Below, in pieces: positions 58,053-64,000 of a stretch of DNA of 64,000 nucleotides (position 1 is its first letter; every line of letters starts with the position of its first letter). Made by a program: the position numbers and the translations under genes. The DNA lies in assembly GCA_012295275.1 (NCBI GenBank), contig CM022665.1, forward strand, positions 10,478,001 to 10,542,000, in the 5' to 3' direction. The notes beneath the pieces are model-generated. The model saw nothing but the letters and a program-made list of their open reading frames with translations. It did not search any database and was not told where the DNA came from. The stretch is from Chrysomallon squamiferum (taxonomy: Eukaryota; Animalia; Mollusca).

Positions 58053-58653
58053 GTCAAGCAATAGACTTTACAAAGCTAAAATAACGAACAAGAACAGTTG
58101 TTTACGTATTTCCGTCAATCGGAAAGCAATAAATCCACCCAGTATGCTTATTACATAGAAAAAGATTTTGTTTTCAGAATAATGATATTATTTCTTTAAA
58201 AAATATTTTAGTAAAAAATAAAATAAAGCTTATAGCATTTACGAAAACAAATACAAGGATTTTAATTAGCTGATTTCCGGTGATTTTACTTCCGGTTTCA
58301 AAAAGCGAATGTAATTTTTGTGTGAATGAGTCAAGCAGTATAATCCGAATGTATTTCCACATTTTACTGCCTTTATATTATCAAACGAAGGTTTATAAAA
58401 CAATTTTTTTTTAATGGAATGAAGCTTAAATGAAGGCTGTGTGAATTCTGTTCTGTTTTACCTTGAAAAATGGGTTATTTTTCATGTCATCATATAATAA
58501 TATGATTATGAATGACTACAAAAGATATGGCACAGACGTGACAATTATTCGAATAAATCGAATTATTTCACATCGATTGTGAATTAGTGGCTAACGTGTT
58601 CTGCTGAATATTTTTTGAGAAGATATTTTTGAAACCTAAGAACAAGTATTAAT

Positions 58654-61600
58654 ATGGATCCAGTACCGATTATACAGAAAAAGTTGGCATTCGGGGAAAA
58701 ATGTAAACTCGTATCCTTGCATATTTATGATATTATTATTATATACAGTTTTTCTTTTTATGCTGCTTTATTAAATAGCAGTATATGAATTTTATATGCA
58801 AAATTGCAAAATGTTATATGGTTTTCTGAGTTTATTTTAATACTTTAAATTTATACATCAGTAAAATTCTGGGACATTGGGTTTACAATGAAGAAAATGA
58901 AAGTAATACTATTAATAATTAAAGACATAAAATTAAGTGAACCTTTATCAAAATTCAAGTTAATTCAGATATTAAAATAAATAAATATTTTATAAACAGA
59001 ATTTTTTAATTATATTATTTTACTAGAAGTAAAATGACTTAATGATTTTTTTATTATTATTATTATTATTATTTTATTGTTTTATTTATTGATTACTTTT
59101 TAATATTTTTTATTTTTATTTTGTGCAATTCTATCAAGTGTAAGTATGAAATGGCAAAAGAAGAAGCATATAAAGTATAAAATCTTAAGATTTTTAAATT
59201 GTATACTAAAATCAATATAATGTTTAGCATAGCTTCAGGATGACTCATCAAACTACTTGTGGTTAAGCACATACATGGAAGAAAAAACAACAGTTGTGTA
59301 ATTTTAAGACAATAGGTTATCAGTTTCATATTCATTATTATGATAAATGATAAATTTTACCTACAAAAAAATTAAATTAAATTAAATAACAGAAATGCCA
59401 ATGTGTGACAGTATATTATTTGAATGTGACAAATCATGACTCTTATATTGAACATATTTATAGTTGAATATTCCTAAAATAATAATTTGAAAACAAAATA
59501 TGTGATAGTTTTTCATCAACTGAAAGAGACATAATGTAATTAAATTAAATCTGGAGAAAATCTTTATGGATATTCTACATTTTCATAATTTCACAATAAC
59601 ATACAGTAGTTCAGTCGTAGAGTGCTAGTGTTGTTGGATCAAACTTCACAGAACTCCTATTTAGCTGTATCTAGTACCCCATAAATAATTATTGTTTAAA
59701 AAAAGTTTAGTATATATTCTTGTCTTTTAAAAAGTATTCTTTATATTCTAAATAATATAAATATGTAAAGTAATAACAATTTTGTTAAAAATAGTATCTA
59801 TCTGTACATCTTATAAAAGAAGATAGGTAGTTAATAATTTGATACGTTATTATTTAATTTTACTTTTAGACATTGATTGTTTTTTGACTATTATTGTTTC
59901 AGATTCTCAGTTAAATTTTATATGATTAAAAAAATGACTAAAAAAATAAGAAGATAATAATGTAAAAAAAATAAATAAATAATAAAATATTGATAAATTA
60001 TGTTTTATAATTCTCAAACAATGAAATAGTGTATTTTGTTTAAAAAAAAAAAAAATTGTAATTTAACAATGCAATATGATCTGCAGATTATGTGTCACTG
60101 GAAATAAATGTAGATTTAGTAACTGACAGCTAACAGAAGTGTTTGTTAATTGTTTGATTTGTGCCACTTGTAGTTGCCATAACAACCATGATATCTCAAA
60201 GTAATTTTTCAAGGATATACAGTTTTTATTGATCATTTACAGTTGGCTTCAGATCATTGTTAGAGAAATGTTATAAGCTGTTACAAGTTTCTAATGAGTT
60301 ATTGAATGTTTATAAAGAATTATGTATTTTTGCATGGTGCACATTTAGAATAATGTGGATTTCAGATTACTATTTAAAGATTATTAATGATATATTACAG
60401 CTTCCATGTTAATGGCCCTTTAATGCTGTCAAAGATAATTATCTTTTAAGATAAACATTACATGTTTTTTTTTTAAATACGAAGCAATATATCAGTTTTG
60501 TCACTTTGAAAAAGCAGATGGGCAAGATGTTTCATTATCATATATATGTACAAGTAACTGATTTTTAAAATAATTATCCAGTTCAAATATACTGTAGTAT
60601 TTATCTTTATTTATTGCATTAAAAAAAAGAAGTCTATGTCCAATAAAGATAATGAATTAATTTACATGAAATAAACATTTTGTTTCCTATGTGCTATAGA
60701 CTCACTAAATTAAAAATTGGCTAGAAGTTTATTGACTTCAGTATTATGTTTATATGTATGTTGTTTAATTACCTTCATTGAAATTGAATTACAAACAATT
60801 ATTTTGTATTGCACAGTTAATTCAGATATTACAGCATTTAAAACTGTTTGACATACGTTTAACCTTTAAGAACAATTACACACTGAACATAACTATTACC
60901 ATTATAATGAATTATGCACTGTGAAATACAGATAAATTACTGAAGATGGAATAACATTTTGACATCCAGGATTTGCTAAACTGATAAATAATAGATCAGT
61001 TCAGTTAATAAAGTTCAATGTTTTTTGGCTGTTCATGTTTAAATATTGTCAATAAAGACAGCTGTATGCTTTCAAAAGTGAAAATTGAAATGTAAATTAA
61101 ACTTTGAACCAGCATGTTTAACTAGAAATCAAATGAAAACTAATAAATGCACTTCCTTAGCTTTTGTCAGTGTATTCAAGGGAAACTGGTTATGGACTGG
61201 ACAAAAACTGATGTATATGTGTCTATTGTGGAATGCAAGGGTGAACATGCGTAAGTATATATACTGAAGATAATAAATAAATGATCTTGAAATGATATTT
61301 ATATTTTTGTATGAACTTAGAAGTAAAACAATAAAATGCAGTTGCTGCTTCTTTGAATGTGTTTATATATATAATGATACCAGAATTCAGATATGTCATT
61401 AGCTTCAGCAGGTATAATAATGTTTTATTGGATTTCATAATAATGGAATATCTTTAAGGAAATAAGCAGCATCACTTTTAAAACCTGTAAAATAATAATA
61501 CACACATGACTTCACTTCCACTTCAGAAAAACATGCAACATTAGGCAGCTGAATGTTATGTGCTATTTTATGCTTCAGTTTTTGAGCAGGCCTAGAAAGT

Positions 61601-63249
61601 TCATTATTTGACAACTAAGGACATGTTTGAAATAGCTGAATATCTTAGATTTTTTTTTGCATATTTATTATATTTTTTCCACAGCTGCTTAGACTTTTAT
61701 TTAAAAATTCATAATGGACATGGTTTGCAAGAACCTTTTATTAACCAAAAGAATTTAAAGGTCAAAAAGTAATAACCAAATCAGTTTCCAGGTGAATTAG
61801 ATTGATGTAAAATACATCCAAGGTTTTATTTATAGTTCCACATTTACAGAAAATCATCAGTAAACCTAACAGTTTACAAGTTAGTCACATGACATGCTGC
61901 CACAGTTGGAAACATTAAACATGGAGTTTTGCACATCAGCATATTTGGGAGAATGGCTGGATAATCTTGTTTGTCATCAGATTGTTATTCATCACATAAA
62001 GTTGGGTTCTGTGATGGTTAAAGATGCTACCCTACACCACGATGCTGTTGCTGTCAAACTAGCCATGCTGTCCTGGACATCTGTATATTTATATTTATAA
62101 ATCCAACTGTGGCTGAACTGGAGACTAATCCTGGATTCATCCATGAATTCTGCTTGAACATATTGCTATTGACATGAGTGCACAGTCATATCTGGCCTTT
62201 CTTTGAAGTGATAGGAGTGATGGACAAACAACCTGGCAGTGCATACTACAGACTCAGTTTGATCAAACATTAGAGTCCCAATTGCAGATTGCAGTGTAAT
62301 TGGCATGTAATGATCGTGCATTGTCATAGAACCATATTGATTATATACTGGTCCTCATGTTTTGTAGTGCTATGTGGTCTTCCTGAATTGACTGATTTCA
62401 AACAGAATTTGTTACTTGGTACCATTACCAAGGTCAACCAGTGATGCCTTGACTGGCACCAAGCACATTTCTTTGTGTATTACCATCATAAAGCCAAGCA
62501 AGAACCTTCTCAGTCTTTAGCCGTCAGTTGACATCACACCAACATCAAAATTGGAACTCGTACCATAGATTCACGCAAGCTCCATTTACAGGGAAATTAT
62601 GCATGGTGGATATGAAAGGGATGTGCAAAACGTGAAAATTATCCAGTTTGTGAAAAAGCAACTAATGCACTCTTGTCAGACATTGTGCACTGGTACTTGT
62701 TTGCATGTTGTGGCAATTAAAACTAATGGACATTGTCAGTGACAGTGGACTTAAATTCACTGCTGGGCTGCTTAGACCCAGTTTTGTTACTATGAAAAAA
62801 TATCAAGGGTGATGTTATGATCTAACTAGTATAACAGACATTCAGAAAACAACGCTGAAAATATCATCTGAACTTTAAATTGTTTTGATTAATATACATG
62901 CATTACTAAATACATTTTGTATTATTAAATTTTTTTTTCTATCTCAGCCTATTCATATACACAAGTAGAAGAGTTCCATGTTTTTCATCTGATGACCTCA
63001 CCATAGATACTGTAATTTCAATTGATGAAAATCTTCGGTTTATGGCAGGTAACTGTATTAAAAATGTTCAAAAGTATTGTTGTATGATTGTATGATTGAA
63101 AAATGTTCATAAGTGATGCAATTTGTTTAATATAGGATTAAACAGTCACATTTCTGAACTGGTAAAACATACCAGTCTTGTTATAAATTATATCATGTGT
63201 CAAATTTCCAGTTTGATTCTGTTAATAATTATTTGCAATATTATTTCAA

Positions 63250-63310
<61 letters not shown>

Positions 63311-63870
63311 TTATAGGACCAGCAACAAGACAAGTCAGTGAAAAAAGAGGTAAAAACATTTTGCAGTGTTTTATCAGTTCCATACATCTAACTGAACTGT
63401 TACAACAACAAAACAAAAATAAAATAAAATATAATTAAATAAATAAATAAATAAATAAATTAAAAAATAATAATAATAAATAAAAAGAAGATTGAAATTA
63501 GTTGTCAGTAAATTCATATGAAGGCAGAAAGTTAAAAAGATGGGCATTTTGTGGGTCATGCCAATATGTAAGCATATTTCAACATGCACACACTATTTAA
63601 TTTATTCTGTCATTTTCATTAACATTTTTAATAACAGTTTGTTTTAATCTTCTGTTTTAATCTTCTGTGTAATTTTTATCTTATTAATTTAGAAATTTTT
63701 GTTTGTAATTAATCATAATAAATATACAGAAATTATGTTTATTGTATTCTGTTTTACACACTTAGATTTCACACTGCGTTTGGAAAGTTTGCATGAAACT
63801 ACTGTGTTAGAACTTCCAGAACAGCCATCAACACAGCAGTTTCTAGCTGATTTGAAACACATGAAAGATG
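58654..63870 (+). CDS. INPP5B: Type II inositol polyphosphate 5-phosphatase (OCRL/INPP5B homolog), N-terminal PH-domain exons; gene continues beyond the window
   Basis: Exons 58654-58710, 61171-61250, 62948-63048, 63317-63349, 63766-63870 splice in frame to MDPVPIIQKKLAFGEKCKL|CIQGKLVMDWTKTDVYVSIVECKGEHA|LFIYTSRRVPCFSSDDLTIDTVISIDENLRFMA|GPATRQVSEKR|DFTLRLESLHETTVLELPEQPSTQQFLADLK. This is colinear with the recalled INPP5B PH domain (MDQSVAIQETLAEGEYCVIAVQG..QEHALFLYTHRR..DDVSLDQIVPV..FQLPFGSQTRMFLHEV). Probably co-orthologous to OCRL and INPP5B. Confidence 0.85.
58711..61170 (+). other. U12-type (minor spliceosome) GT-AG intron
   Basis: 5' splice site GTATCCTTG at 58711. Branch-point-like TTCCTTAGC at 61153-61161, 9 nt before the exon start (terminal CAG at 61168-61170), with no long polypyrimidine tract. 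The flanking exons join in frame. Confidence 0.8.
60173..60186. promoter_or_regulatory. RFX X-box-like motif in intron 1 of OCRL/INPP5B
   Basis: GTTGCCATAACAAC is one mismatch from the typical X-box GTTGCCATAGCAAC. Confidence 0.45.
61890..62780 (-). mobile_element. Degenerate Tc1-like transposon in OCRL/INPP5B intron 2
   Basis: Minus-strand motifs SGRPHSTTKHEDQYI, FMDESRISL and SIVV*GSIFNHHRTQLYVMNNNL correspond to Tc1 SGRPRVTT..EDRYI, FSDESRFSL and SVMVWGGIS..GRT.L.VI.GNL. Multiple stops. Confidence 0.75.
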
Positions 63871-64000
63871 GTTAGTTTGTTGTCAGCTTTCAAGCTATTT
63901 ACATTTGTAAAATATTTTGTGGGTGTTTTGGGGTTCCATATCCCTCACCATAAATTTGTGAAAACATTTAATTATTTATTCAATATTTTCTTTTTTTTTT

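Noticed and set aside
59600-59680. tRNA-like/SINE-head-like sequence, with similar decayed pieces at ~16450-16640 and ~22420-22530
   Set aside because: Too degenerate to fold as a tRNA or delimit confidently; at most old SINE fragments.

Overview
Very AT-rich, microsatellite-dense eukaryotic (animal) genomic DNA with spliceosomal introns. The genes and repeats look lophotrochozoan, probably a gastropod mollusc (inference from recalled repeat families, not a database result). Most of the ORF track is microsatellite noise. Splicing exons by hand gives five protein-coding genes: DNAJC8 (+, 9 exons), MRPL48 (-, 7 exons), an SLC46A3/PCFT-like MFS transporter (+, 4 exons), a 117-aa stand-alone AK5-like dimerization/docking-domain protein (-), and the 5' part of an OCRL/INPP5B-type inositol 5-phosphatase (+, runs off the window). 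The last two are head-to-head with RFX X-box-like motifs, and the first OCRL/INPP5B coding intron has U12 (minor spliceosome) signals. Non-coding DNA holds a ~3.8-kb satellite with higher-order structure, a LINE RNase H remnant apparently split by nested TIR elements, hAT, Tc1 and KRBA2/Ginger-like integrase fossils, and a long foldback. The first ~13 kb has no recognisable gene and contains CpG-rich islands with bZIP/E-box motifs. All homology calls come from recalled family motifs and need search confirmation.
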